Assembly: GCA_963713095.1 (NCBI GenBank)
Contig: CAVQKK010000009.1
Span: 196,991-260,990 of the forward strand
DNA: 64,000 nt
Direction: 5' to 3'
DNA from: an uncultured Chloroflexia bacterium
Lineage (GTDB): Bacteria; Chloroflexota; Limnocylindria; Limnocylindrales; CSP1-4
Notes under the pieces: model-generated
The model's database searches: none
What the model was told of the DNA's origin: nothing
What the model saw: the letters and a program-made list of their open reading frames with translations, nothing else
Part shown: piece after piece, positions 40,944 to 50,634 of the stretch
Numbering within the stretch: the stretch's first letter is position 1
Layout: the number at the start of each line of letters is the position of its first letter
Program-made: the position numbers and the translations under genes

Positions 40944-42869
40944 TCAATCGGCGTGATCGTCGCCGGCGCCCGTCTCGGCGCGACGCTTCTCGAGGTATTC
41001 CGGGATCCGGATCATCGGCGGTCGCTCGTGGTCGGCAAGCTCCTGGACCTCGAGCGAGAGCCGTCCACGCCCGGACCGAGGCAGCTTCATCGTGGACCCG
41101 AGCTCCGCGAACAGCCGGACACGCCGTCGCTCCTCGAGGCGCTTCATGACCGCCTGGAGGATCACGAACGACATCCGGGACAGCCCTTCGAGCTCCTGGT
41201 TGCGGTGGACGCGGCGCTCGAGATCAACCTGGCCCAGGCCGCCCAGCCCGGCCCGCTCCACGGCGTCGATGAGGTGCCCGATCTCGACGGCGTAGCCGGT
41301 GAAGAACGGCAGCTGCTCGAGCAGCGACCGCCGCCCGGCATACTCGCCGGACAGCGGCTGGATCAGCCCCGACAGCTCGGGGAAGAACAGGTTGATCAGG
41401 GGACGCGCCACGAGCTCGGTGACCCGGCCGCCGCCGCCCTCCTTGAGCACGCCGGCCTCGACGATCGGACGCTGGTAGTAGCCCTTGACGTACTGGAGGC
41501 GGGGTTCCACGAGCAGCGGGCCCAGCGTTCCGTAGACCATCCGGTGGTGCCAGTTGCGGACGTCCGTGTCGGCCCACACGACGATGTCGCCCGACGTCTC
41601 GTAGAGCGACTTCCAGAGCGCCTCGCCCTTGCCCCGGAACGAGCCGTACCTGGCCAGCACGTCCGGGTGCCGGACGACTCGCGCACCCTCGCGCACCGCG
41701 ATCCCGCGAGTGTCATCGGTGGAGGCGGAGTCGATGACCAGGATCTCGTCCACCAGCGGGTACCGCTGCTGCATCTCCCGGATCGCGCGCCGCACGATCG
41801 GCCCGATCGTCTCGGCCTCGTTGAGCGTCGGCAGCACCAGGCTGACCGTGACGCCCTGCTTTTCCTTGAGCGCCGAGAGCCGGGCCAGGTCCGCGAACTC
41901 GGAGTGGTGGAAGTTTGCCTCCGCGAACCAGCGCTCGACACGGGCGGGGATCGCACGGGCCTCCTCGGCAGCCCGATCGGCCGCGGCCAGCGACTCCGCC
42001 TTCTCGGCCAGGTGCTCGAAGGTCTGGCGGCCGATCGGCTCGCGGGTCTTGACCACGATGACGGTTGGCCGGGCGCGCTGGGCGATGGCCTCGGGCAGCG
42101 ACCCGAACAGCGAGCTGCCCGGATCGCCGGGCGGCGCCGAGGCACCCATCACCACGAGGTCGGCACGCTCGGCCTCGCGCAGGATGGCCGTCCGCACGTT
42201 GGCCGTCTCCCGCAGCACCTGCTCTGATCGGGCGGTCACGTGCTGGCGGACGAACGCGGCCAGCGCATGCTCGGCCTGCGCTCGGACCGCCTCGGTCACG
42301 CCGGCGGGGACGAGATGCATGACGGCGACCGTGGCCCCGTAGCGGTGGGCCAGCGCATCGGCGAACCGCAGGGCCAGCTCGGCGTGCGGCCCGCCGCGGA
42401 CCGGGACCAGGATCCGGCGGACCTCGTGGGCCCCGCGCTGCTTGACGACGGCGATGTCGCAGGGTGATTCGCGGACGACCTCGTCGATCGTGGGTGAGAT
42501 GACCGGGCCTCGCGCGTCCCTGCCGGGCGTGGACTTGCCGCCCCAGCCGAAGATCATCAGGTCCGCCTCCTGCTCGGCGGCGGCCTCGACGATGCCCGCG
42601 GCGGCGTGGCGGCCGATCCGGACCAGCGGATGGATGATGGTGCCCTCGGGCACGTAATCGAGCACCTTCTGCAGCAGCCGCCGGGCTTGGCGCGCCCGCG
42701 TGGCGCCGTCGCTCAGCGGCATGCCCTCCGGGACCTCGACGATTCCCAGCGCGGTCAGCTCGCCGGTCCGCGGATCCATCAGCGACGCGCCGATCCGGAC
42801 CAGCTCCTCGGCCGTGAGCGGGTTGGCGACCGGGATCAGGATGCGCGCGGGGAGGGGCTCAGCGCTCAC
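40944..42869 (-). CDS. fusion of tandem universal-stress-protein domains with a glucosyl-3-phosphoglycerate synthase-like (GT81) domain
   Basis: The N-terminus has two USP folds. The C-terminus 'VSLVLPTLNEAETIGPIVRR...ILVIDSASTDDT...VWADTD' resembles GpgS. 641 aa. Confidence 0.6.
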   Translation of the reverse strand: MSAEPLPARILIPVANPLTAEELVRIGASLMDPRTGELTALGIVEVPEGMPLSDGATRARQARRLLQKVLDYVPEGTIIHPLVRIGRHAAAGIVEAAAEQEADLMIFGWGGKSTPGRDARGPVISPTIDEVVRESPCDIAVVKQRGAHEVRRILVPVRGGPHAELALRFADALAHRYGATVAVMHLVPAGVTEAVRAQAEHALAAFVRQHVTARSEQVLRETANVRTAILREAERADLVVMGASAPPGDPGSSLFGSLPEAIAQRARPTVIVVKTREPIGRQTFEHLAEKAESLAAADRAAEEARAIPARVERWFAEANFHHSEFADLARLSALKEKQGVTVSLVLPTLNEAETIGPIVRRAIREMQQRYPLVDEILVIDSASTDDTRGIAVREGARVVRHPDVLARYGSFRGKGEALWKSLYETSGDIVVWADTDVRNWHHRMVYGTLGPLLVEPRLQYVKGYYQRPIVEAGVLKEGGGGRVTELVARPLINLFFPELSGLIQPLSGEYAGRRSLLEQLPFFTGYAVEIGHLIDAVERAGLGGLGQVDLERRVHRNQELEGLSRMSFVILQAVMKRLEERRRVRLFAELGSTMKLPRSGRGRLSLEVQELADHERPPMIRIPEYLEKRRAETGAGDDHAD

Positions 42870-44269
42870 GTGCTCGCCGCTCCGTCCTCGCCCGCCGACG
42901 GCTCGTCCAGGGCCCGCCAGCGTTCGACGAGGTAGGGCTTGAGGAGCTCGAACTGCCGGGCCTGACGTTCCACCCGGTCCTCGGCGTCAGCGGTGGTCAG
43001 GTGGCGGTTCTCGATCACGAAGCTGCCGACCCGGCCGAAGTAGATCGGGACCAGCGCGGCCACGAGCTGCGCGTCGTCAACGCTGCCCTTCCGGGTCGCG
43101 ACGACCAGGTCGTAGATCACGCGCGCCCAGAGGTCGTCGGGGAAGTGGAACGCGGACAGCGCTTCCGCCATGTCGAGCGTGGATACGGGCGCTGAGGTCT
43201 CCGCGCCCAGCCCGAATCGCCGCGAAGCTGCATCCACCAGCTGGCCCGCCTCGGCGGCCAGGACCAGCACCGCGTCCGCGTTGACCGGGTCGAGCATCCG
43301 GCGCCACGTGTCGGCGACCGTCAGCGAGCCGGCATGGAACTCGGACAGCAGCCGAAGCGCGTTCACCTCCAGCGGCGGCGGGTCGATGAGGCGCTCGAAC
43401 CCGTAGGCCGGGATGTCGTGGCTGCCGCGGATCTCCAGCCACGCCTCGGGATGGCTGGCGGCCATGCGCAGGATCGTGCTCACCACCTGGCGGAACATCG
43501 GGCCGAGGTCGGCGCCGGGATCCTTGGGGTCGTGGACCTTGGCACCCAGTCGCGTCTGGCACACGGCGTACCCGCCGATCAGGGCCGAGGTCGTCATCCA
43601 GATGTCGATCCCGAACTTGCTGATCTCCTGGGTCCAGTCGTCGAGCTCGAGGTAGTGACGGACCAGGTCGCCGCTGACGCCGAAGTCGCCGCCGATCGGC
43701 TGCCGGATCCGGTGACCATAGAGCGCCCGGGTGAGCGGGTAGGTGACCGTGTTCGTGATCGTGCCGTCGTACTTGTAGCGGGCGTACAGCGGGGCGACGA
43801 AGTCATAGCCGCCCTTGAGGATCGGCCCCGCCAGCAGCTCGATCCACTCGGGGAGGATGCTCCGCAGGTCGCTGTCGACGACGACCAGGGCCTGGACCTC
43901 GAGCGCCGCCGCGATCTCGAAGATCGTGCGCAGCGCCGCGCCCTTGCCACCGATACCGTCGATCTCAGGATAGGTGAGCGTCACCCGGACCAGGCGGTTG
44001 GTGGGGCGGACGAGCAGGATCGATTCGACGTAGTCCGGGGGCTCGGTGTCGACCACCACGCGCTGGGTCCCGTCGGGGCTGCCCGCGTCCGAGTTGACGA
44101 GCACGGGCTTGAGGTCCGGGAAGTACTGGACCAGACCCGCGTGCGCCGCGCGTACCACGTAGCCGATCGTGGCCGCGTTCTTGAAGCTGGGGATGCCGAC
44201 CATGATGTCGGCTCGTCCCAGGCGGGCGATCTCCTCCCGGATGGCGGGCGTCAGCGTCGTCGCGGGCAC
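42866..44269 (-). CDS. glycosyltransferase (GT-A fold), translationally coupled to the USP-GpgS gene; possibly part of a glucosylglycerate-type compatible-solute pathway
   Basis: 'IMVGIPSFKNAATIGYVVR...ALVVVDSDLRS'. 467 aa. 4-nt overlap with the downstream gene. Confidence 0.45.
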   Translation of the reverse strand: MPATTLTPAIREEIARLGRADIMVGIPSFKNAATIGYVVRAAHAGLVQYFPDLKPVLVNSDAGSPDGTQRVVVDTEPPDYVESILLVRPTNRLVRVTLTYPEIDGIGGKGAALRTIFEIAAALEVQALVVVDSDLRSILPEWIELLAGPILKGGYDFVAPLYARYKYDGTITNTVTYPLTRALYGHRIRQPIGGDFGVSGDLVRHYLELDDWTQEISKFGIDIWMTTSALIGGYAVCQTRLGAKVHDPKDPGADLGPMFRQVVSTILRMAASHPEAWLEIRGSHDIPAYGFERLIDPPPLEVNALRLLSEFHAGSLTVADTWRRMLDPVNADAVLVLAAEAGQLVDAASRRFGLGAETSAPVSTLDMAEALSAFHFPDDLWARVIYDLVVATRKGSVDDAQLVAALVPIYFGRVGSFVIENRHLTTADAEDRVERQARQFELLKPYLVERWRALDEPSAGEDGAAST

Positions 44270-44310
44270 GCATCCACCCTACCACCGGCGTGGCCCGGCC
44301 GAGGAACGGG

Positions 44311-45060
44311 TTACGGCTGGCGCCTGGTCGTCGCTGCCGGCTCGCGTGCGTTTCGCGGCGCCGCGCCGATCGCCCAATCCGGGTTCTCGCGGCCAGCAAG
44401 GTAGCGGCTGTTGCTGCCGCGGTACGAGAGCTCAGTGAATCCGAGCGCGCCCCAGGACGCCAGGATGTCGGTCGACGAAGGGCGGACGAATGCCGATACG
44501 CGGACCAGGTCCGACACCACCAGGACGGCCTCGAGCAGCCGCTTCCGTTCCAGCAACGGCACGTCGTCGAGTGGCTGGCCGTCGAGCAGCAGCAGATCCG
44601 TCGCCACGAAGGCATGGCGCTCGCCGCCTGCCAGCGAATCCAGGGTCGCCTGCTCCTGGCGCGCCCGCCGGATCTCCCGATCTCGGGCGGCGGCGTCTCG
44701 GTGGGCGGGCGATCGCCGGCGGATCCACCGAGGCACGAGCAGCGCCGGGCGCTCAACCTCGGGCGGGCTCGGCGCCGCGCCGTGGTCGCTCCTGAGGGCC
44801 GCCGTCGTCACGTGGCCTTCGATGACCGCCTCCAGGGCCGTGAAGCCAGCCACCAGCGCCTGCGCCAGCTCCCGGGCGACGGTCAGCTCGGTCCCGTCGT
44901 GGAACAGCGCGGCCTCGTCCGGAGCCAGCGCCGCAACGGTCCGCGCACCACCCCATTCCGGCTCCACGATGGCGTTCGGAATGTCGTGAACGAACCGCTG
45001 GCCGGGCCGTTGCGGCTGCCAGGTTGCCGCGACGTCGCGCGCTGTGCTTCCTGCCGTCAT
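44311..45060 (-). CDS. ATP-dependent DNA ligase-like protein with a degenerate adenylation motif
   Basis: 'FVATDLLLLDGQPLDDVPLLERKRLLEAVL' matches ligase motif V/VI. The motif-I position reads 'EPEWGGAR' rather than 'EPKWDGxR'. Start uncertain. Confidence 0.4.
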   Translation of the reverse strand: MTAGSTARDVAATWQPQRPGQRFVHDIPNAIVEPEWGGARTVAALAPDEAALFHDGTELTVARELAQALVAGFTALEAVIEGHVTTAALRSDHGAAPSPPEVERPALLVPRWIRRRSPAHRDAAARDREIRRARQEQATLDSLAGGERHAFVATDLLLLDGQPLDDVPLLERKRLLEAVLVVSDLVRVSAFVRPSSTDILASWGALGFTELSYRGSNSRYLAGRENPDWAIGAAPRNAREPAATTRRQP

Positions 45061-45581
45061 CGACCGAATGCTAATCCTCGCGCCCGCCGGCACGGGCCAT
45101 CGGGTCTCGATGCGTGCGGGACTCGGCCGTGGACCGCGCCCGGCAGGTGGCGGTGTCGCGTCAACCCGCGATCCGCAACCTCGGCCAGCCTGCGCCGCCG
45201 ACCGCCTGATCGGCGACCTCGCGGGGCCACCGGCAGAGGGCGACTGCACGGTCGAGGCCCGTTCGGATGACCCCGCAGTGACGAACGTACGGTGTCGGGC
45301 GGCACCGCGGCAAGGTCTCATTCAAGGACGCAATCGTATGTTGCGGGTCACGTCCGAAGATTGACGTGTCATCGAGAGGCAAGACGGTCGCGCATGAGCC
45401 AAGCTCCATGTCGGTCACATCGATTCCGTGCCCAGCTGCCTAGTCGTGCGTACCCATCGTGCAAGAGGGAGCGCGCCGGCGATGAGCCGTACCTACCGCC
45501 TTACGCATCGTTCCCACGGGACGGGACGAGGGCGCCTCGAGGATCCGACAGGGTGGGCAGGCGCTGGTCGAGTTCGCCCTC

Positions 45582-46019
45582 GTGTTCCCGATCCTGATCA
45601 CGATGATGATGGGCTTGCTCGAGTTCTCGTTCATGTTCAATGCGCTGCTGTCCATTGGGCATGCAACGCGGGATGCCACGCTCATTGCAGCCGAGGCCGG
45701 GAACGCTTCGGCCGCCGACTGCGTGATCCTTCGGCAGATCGAGAGCGACGTCACGGCACCCGCTGACCCGTCGCGGATCGTCGAGGTCGTCATCTACCGG
45801 TCGGACCAGAACGGGGCGGTGTATGGCGGGCAGGAGAACATCTACACGCGGACCGGCTCCACGACCTGCACCCTGCCCAACGGTGACGCGCTGACCGTTC
45901 CGTATTCCGCCGATCCAGGGGACCTGACCTACCCGGCGGACGCCGCTGCAACGTCCTTGCCGGCGATGTGCTCGGCGGCTGCCTGCCCGGCCATGCCACG
46001 GTGGACACGATCGGCGTGA
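45582..46019 (+). CDS. TadE-like Flp pilus assembly protein
   Basis: The conserved 'GQALVEFALVFPILITMMMGLLEF' precedes and overlaps the first canonical start (GTG 45582). The N-terminus probably extends upstream, where there is either a non-canonical start or a frameshift near 45545. Confidence 0.55.
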   Translation: MFPILITMMMGLLEFSFMFNALLSIGHATRDATLIAAEAGNASAADCVILRQIESDVTAPADPSRIVEVVIYRSDQNGAVYGGQENIYTRTGSTTCTLPNGDALTVPYSADPGDLTYPADAAATSLPAMCSAAACPAMPRWTRSA

Positions 46020-46128
46020 AGATCGAGTACCGGCACACCTGGGTCACGCCCCTCGCGAACCTCGTCTCCCTCGGCGGATCCGGCACCACGCTGACCCAGT
46101 CCAACGCCATGCGGATGGAACCCGTGCT

Positions 46129-46774
46129 GTGAGCGGGCCTCTGGCAGCGCGGCCGCTCTCGATCCGCTCGCGCGCCGGGCGGCATCGGTGGGGTGAACAG
46201 CGGGGCCAGAGCGTCGTCGAGTTCGCGATGCTGGTCCCGGTGTTCATGATCCTGTTGCTCGGGATGCTCGAGTTCGGGATCGCGTTCACCCACGACCAGA
46301 CCCTGACCTACGCCACCCGTGAGGGCGCCCGCACGGGTGCCTCCCTCGGCAACGGCTCTGCCGACTACCCGTGCAGCACGCCGAACTTCGACGCACCGAT
46401 CGTGGCCGCTGTCGAGCGCGTCCTGCGAATCGCCGGGTTCGCCCATCGACATTACGCGGATCAGCACGATCACGGTGTACCGGGCCAAGAGCGACGGAAC
46501 TCCGACCGGCAACGCCAACGTGTGGTCGCTGGACGTGGGCGGCGGGCCCACGGTGGACGGCCGAGCCCTTGACTTCAGGCAGACATCAACCGGTTGGGCG
46601 CCCTGCACCCGGAACAACGGGGTCGGCGCCGATGCGCTCGGCGTCTCGCTCACGTACCACTACCCATTCCAGACGTCGCTCGGCGGGATCATCGGCTTCT
46701 TCGGGGGGTCCAGCTGGTCGTCGCTGACCATGTCGGACAAGACCGTGATGAACCTCAACCCGACCAACCAGTAG
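46129..46774 (+). CDS. second TadE-like protein; 1-nt insertion (frameshift) near 46425
   Basis: 'GQSVVEFAMLVPVFMILLLGMLEFGIAF'. The C-terminal half continues in frame +1 ('...TVYRAKSDGTPTGNANVWSLDVGG...'). Confidence 0.55.
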
Positions 46775-46783
46775 GGACGACAA

Positions 46784-48936
46784 ATGCCCTCGATCACACA
46801 GCTGCGGCGCGCCCACCACTCGGATTCCCGCGCACGCTTACGGTCCCGCGGCCAGGTCGCCGTCATATTCGCGCTCTCGATCATGCTGTTCGTGGCGCTG
46901 TGCGCCATCGTGGTCGACATCTCGTTCTACTGGGTCGCCACCCTCCAAGTCCAGCGGGCCGCCGATGCGGCCGCCCTGGCCGGCGCTGTCTACCTTCCGG
47001 GCGACACGACGACCGCGTACTCGGTGGCCAGGACGTCGGCAACCGAGAACGGCTACCCGGATGGTGGGGACGTGACCGTCACGCCGGTCCAGGACGCAAG
47101 CGATCCGCGCCAGCTTGACGTGACGATCAGTGCCAACGTGCCCGCGTTCTTCGCGCGCGTCGTCGGGATCACCTCGTTCCCGGTGACCCGGTCGTCCAAG
47201 GGGGTCTACGTCCTGCCCGTCCCGATGGGCAGCCCGCTCGCCTACTACGGCGTTGGCGATTTCAGCGTGAACACGGTCAAGACGGAGCCCACGCCGTACA
47301 CGGACGCCTCCCGACCCGGCTACACATCGAGCACTGGCGCGTGGTCGAACCCCAACAACGGGTGGGCGACCGGCACGAGCAGCTTCACGACGTCCTCCAG
47401 CAACGGGCAGCAGCAGCAGTGGTCCCAGCTCAGGATCCCGAGCATCAGCGGCTCCGCGCTGGACGGCCTCGTCGTCTCGTTCAACGCGAAGGTCAGCACG
47501 ACGTCTTCCGCATGCAAGGTGCAGGCCGAGGTGTCGTGGAACGGCAGCAACTGGGCCAATGCGCCGCTGGCGACGAACAACCTGACGAGGGACAACAACG
47601 TCAACTACACACTCGGCTCGGCGTCCGATCTGGCTGCCTGGGGCAACAACCACACGTGGGCGGCCGGGGACTTCGCCAACAACAAGCTTCCAGGTGCGCC
47701 TGACCTACCTGAAGGGGTCCGGGTGCGGCACCCTGTCGCTGAACACGCTGCTCGTGACCGTCTACTCGCACACGGACACCACGACCACCACGATGACGAC
47801 GACGCCCGGCGTGACGGACCCGGATGGCACGTTCCTGAACAGTCAGGGCGACTGGGGCGCGATCATCACCAAGGGCGGCGACCAGGGGAACGGCGACGCC
47901 TACGCACCCGCCAACAACGGGGGCGCCAACAATGTCAACTACGACCCGCAGGGCTACCGCTACGCCGTCCAACTCCCGTCCGGCGGGACCGTCAGGGTGT
48001 TCGACCCTGGGTTCTGTGCGATGGGAAGAAATGGCGCTGGCGTACCTGGGCGTCGGCGACCACTGGATCGGTGGCAGCGGCACGCCCGTCTCCACCTACT
48101 ACACCCTGTGGAACACGAACGGGAAGCTCGGGCTCCCCACCACATGGACCCAGGCGTACACGTCCGGCGCATTGTTCGAGAACCAGAAAGGCTACGACCC
48201 TGCCAACACGGCGCCCAACGTCGCCAATGGGTCGGGCCCCTCAGGCGCAACCGACAGCTGCGACGCCAAACACAACACGTGGTGGACGCTGCCGACCGGC
48301 AGCCTGGCTGGTGGCACATACGTCCTTCAGATCCAGACGTCGAAGACGCACCCGCCCAACAGCAGCGCGGACTCGTCGATCAACAACGACACGAACGCCG
48401 AGAACATGTGGGCGATCGAGGCCGTGGGCGGCGGCACGCCGCAGATCTACGGCAACGGCCGGATGACCGTCTACAACAACCTCGCCTACAGCGCCAGCAA
48501 CGGCGGGATCCAGCAGTTCTACCTGGCCAAGATCGACCAGGCGACGGGGGCGGGGAAGACGGCGCTGATTGACCTGTTCGACGCAGGCGACATCAGCGGC
48601 AACGGCACCCTCCAGGTGTTGAGCCCCGATGGCGGGACGCCGCACCCAGTCAATTTCAACTACACCACGGATTCGAACTGCGTGAACCAAACCGGGACCA
48701 GCCCGTGCGGCCCGCACACCGGCGTCAGCCAGTTCGTCACCACGTACAACAGCAACCAGGCCACCAACAACACCTGGCTCCGCATCAGCATCCCACTCGC
48801 CTCGACCTACGGGTCGAGCGGCCTTTGGAGGGGTGGCTGGTGGCAGATCCAGTACACGGTCACCAGCGGCGGCAACGACACGACCACGTGGCAGGTCTCC
48901 GTCCAGGGCAACCCGGTTCACCTGGTGGTGCCCTGA
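46784..48936 (+). CDS. TadG-like putative Flp-pilus-associated large secreted/surface protein; two apparent frameshifts (about 47690 and about 48030)
   Basis: The N-terminal Tad domain reads 'VAVIFALSIMLFVALCAIVVDISFYWVATLQVQRAADAAALAGAVYLPGD'. It is followed by a Thr/Ser/Asn-rich region that reads across three frames (46784, 47694 and 47932). Confidence 0.5.
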
Positions 48937-48991
48937 CCGCCGGATGGGCGGATCCGACCGCCCGCTCCCGGCAGCGTGACGCCAGGAGGGT

Positions 48992-50014
48992 TCAGTCGGC
49001 GTAGCCGCCGGGGTGGGCGCGCCGCCAGGTCCAGGCGGACCCGATCATCTCGTCGAGGGTCGACCGGCGAGGCGCCCAGTCGAGGGTCTCGCGGGCCCGC
49101 TCGTTCGCCGCCACCAGCACCGGCGGGTCACCGGCTCGCCGCGGGCCGACCGAATGCGGGATGGGCCGCCCGACCACCCGTTCGCCGGCGGCGAGCACCT
49201 CGCGGACGGAGAACCCGGAGGCCGTGCCGAGGTTGCAGACGAGCGGCCGCAGCGCGGCCTCCCCGCCGACGGGTCCGGTTCGAGGATCGCCTGACGCGGT
49301 TGCCTCCAGCGAGGCGACGTGCGCGTCGGCCAGGTCGGCGACGTGGATGTAGTCGCGGATCGGGGTGCCATCCGGTGTCGGGTAGTCGCTCCCGAACAGG
49401 GTGAGGGGCGGTCCCCCTTCGGAGGCGATCAGCATGTTCGGGATCAGGTGCGTCTCGGGACGGTGGACCTCGCCCAGCCGCTCCGTCGCGCCGGCCACGT
49501 TGAAGTAGCGGAGGATCACGCTCCGGAAGCCGTAGGCCTCCCCGTACCAGCGCAGGGCACCCTCGAAGGTACGCTTCGTCTCGCCGTACGGGTTGATCGG
49601 ACGCAGCGGCGCGTCCTCGCGAATGGGCGTGGCGTCGGGGGTTCCGTACACGGCGGCCGTGGACGAGAACACGAAGCGCCGGACACCGGCCGCCCGGGCA
49701 GCCTCGAGCAGTGCGATGCCTCCGGCCACGTTCTCCCGGTAGTACCTCGCCGGCTCCTGGATGCTCTCCCCGACCAGCGACCTCGCTCCGCAGTGGAGGA
49801 TCGCGTCGACGGCAGCCCGCTCGAGGAGGTCACGGACGCCGGATTCGTCACCGTACGAGCCCACCACGAGCGACGCGTCCGCGTGAGGGATCCCTCGATG
49901 ACCGGTGGACAGGTCATCGAGGACGACAACCTCGTGGCCGGCCGCGAGGATCGCCTCGACGGACACGCCGCCGACATAGCCGGCGCCGCCGGTGACGAGG
50001 ATCTTCATGTGCAA
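48992..50014 (-). CDS. galE: UDP-glucose 4-epimerase
   Basis: 'MKILVTGGAGYVGGVSVEAILAAGHEVVVLDDLSTGH' and '...YGETK'. Confidence 0.85.
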   Translation of the reverse strand: MHMKILVTGGAGYVGGVSVEAILAAGHEVVVLDDLSTGHRGIPHADASLVVGSYGDESGVRDLLERAAVDAILHCGARSLVGESIQEPARYYRENVAGGIALLEAARAAGVRRFVFSSTAAVYGTPDATPIREDAPLRPINPYGETKRTFEGALRWYGEAYGFRSVILRYFNVAGATERLGEVHRPETHLIPNMLIASEGGPPLTLFGSDYPTPDGTPIRDYIHVADLADAHVASLEATASGDPRTGPVGGEAALRPLVCNLGTASGFSVREVLAAGERVVGRPIPHSVGPRRAGDPPVLVAANERARETLDWAPRRSTLDEMIGSAWTWRRAHPGGYAD

Positions 50015-50634
50015 TTCCTCCCAAGCAGCCGATCGATGATGCTGCGTCGGCGTGGGGGGACGGGCCGAGCCGGCGGAGCGGATGTGGAGATGGGGGGCAT
50101 GGGCTCCGTCACTCGGCCTGGCACGGAGGGAGCCGGCGGGACGAAGGATGGTGCCTCGCCGCCTGCCTGCACCTTGCCTGCCGGCGGTTCCGAACCACGT
50201 TCGAGGTCCGGGCCCGAACGCGCCGGTAACGGGGCTGCTCCCGCGGGCGCCGCCATCACCGATGCTGTGGCCGACGGCGTCCCGGAAGGACGCGGTCCGA
50301 TCAGGGTGGCGGGTTCGGCGTCCGGCGGGACGGGTGGGCCCTGGCCGGCCGGTGGCTCGAGGCCCGGCAGGGGCTGGCCACGATACGCAAACACCTCGTC
50401 CAGCCGGGCCACGAGCCGAATTGCCGCCACGTTCTCCGGATCGATCGACAGCGCGCGCCGCGCCTGCCGGTAGGCCTCCGCGTCGTCGGCGCGTTCGAGC
50501 GCTACCCGCGCCAGACCGACCACGGCGATCGCGTTCCGGGGATCGGCGTCAGAGACCTGGCGATACAGCCCCTCGGCCTGGTGGACAAGTCCGACGGACA
50601 GCGCCCGCTCCGCCTGCAGCAGCAGCTCGATCAT
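50005..50634 (-). CDS. TPR-repeat protein with a Pro-rich C-terminus
   Basis: TPR-like helices 'AIAVVGLARVALERADDAEAYRQARRALSIDPENVAAI' followed by low-complexity PPAP repeats. Confidence 0.45.
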   Translation of the reverse strand: MIELLLQAERALSVGLVHQAEGLYRQVSDADPRNAIAVVGLARVALERADDAEAYRQARRALSIDPENVAAIRLVARLDEVFAYRGQPLPGLEPPAGQGPPVPPDAEPATLIGPRPSGTPSATASVMAAPAGAAPLPARSGPDLERGSEPPAGKVQAGGEAPSFVPPAPSVPGRVTEPMPPISTSAPPARPVPPRRRSIIDRLLGRNCT

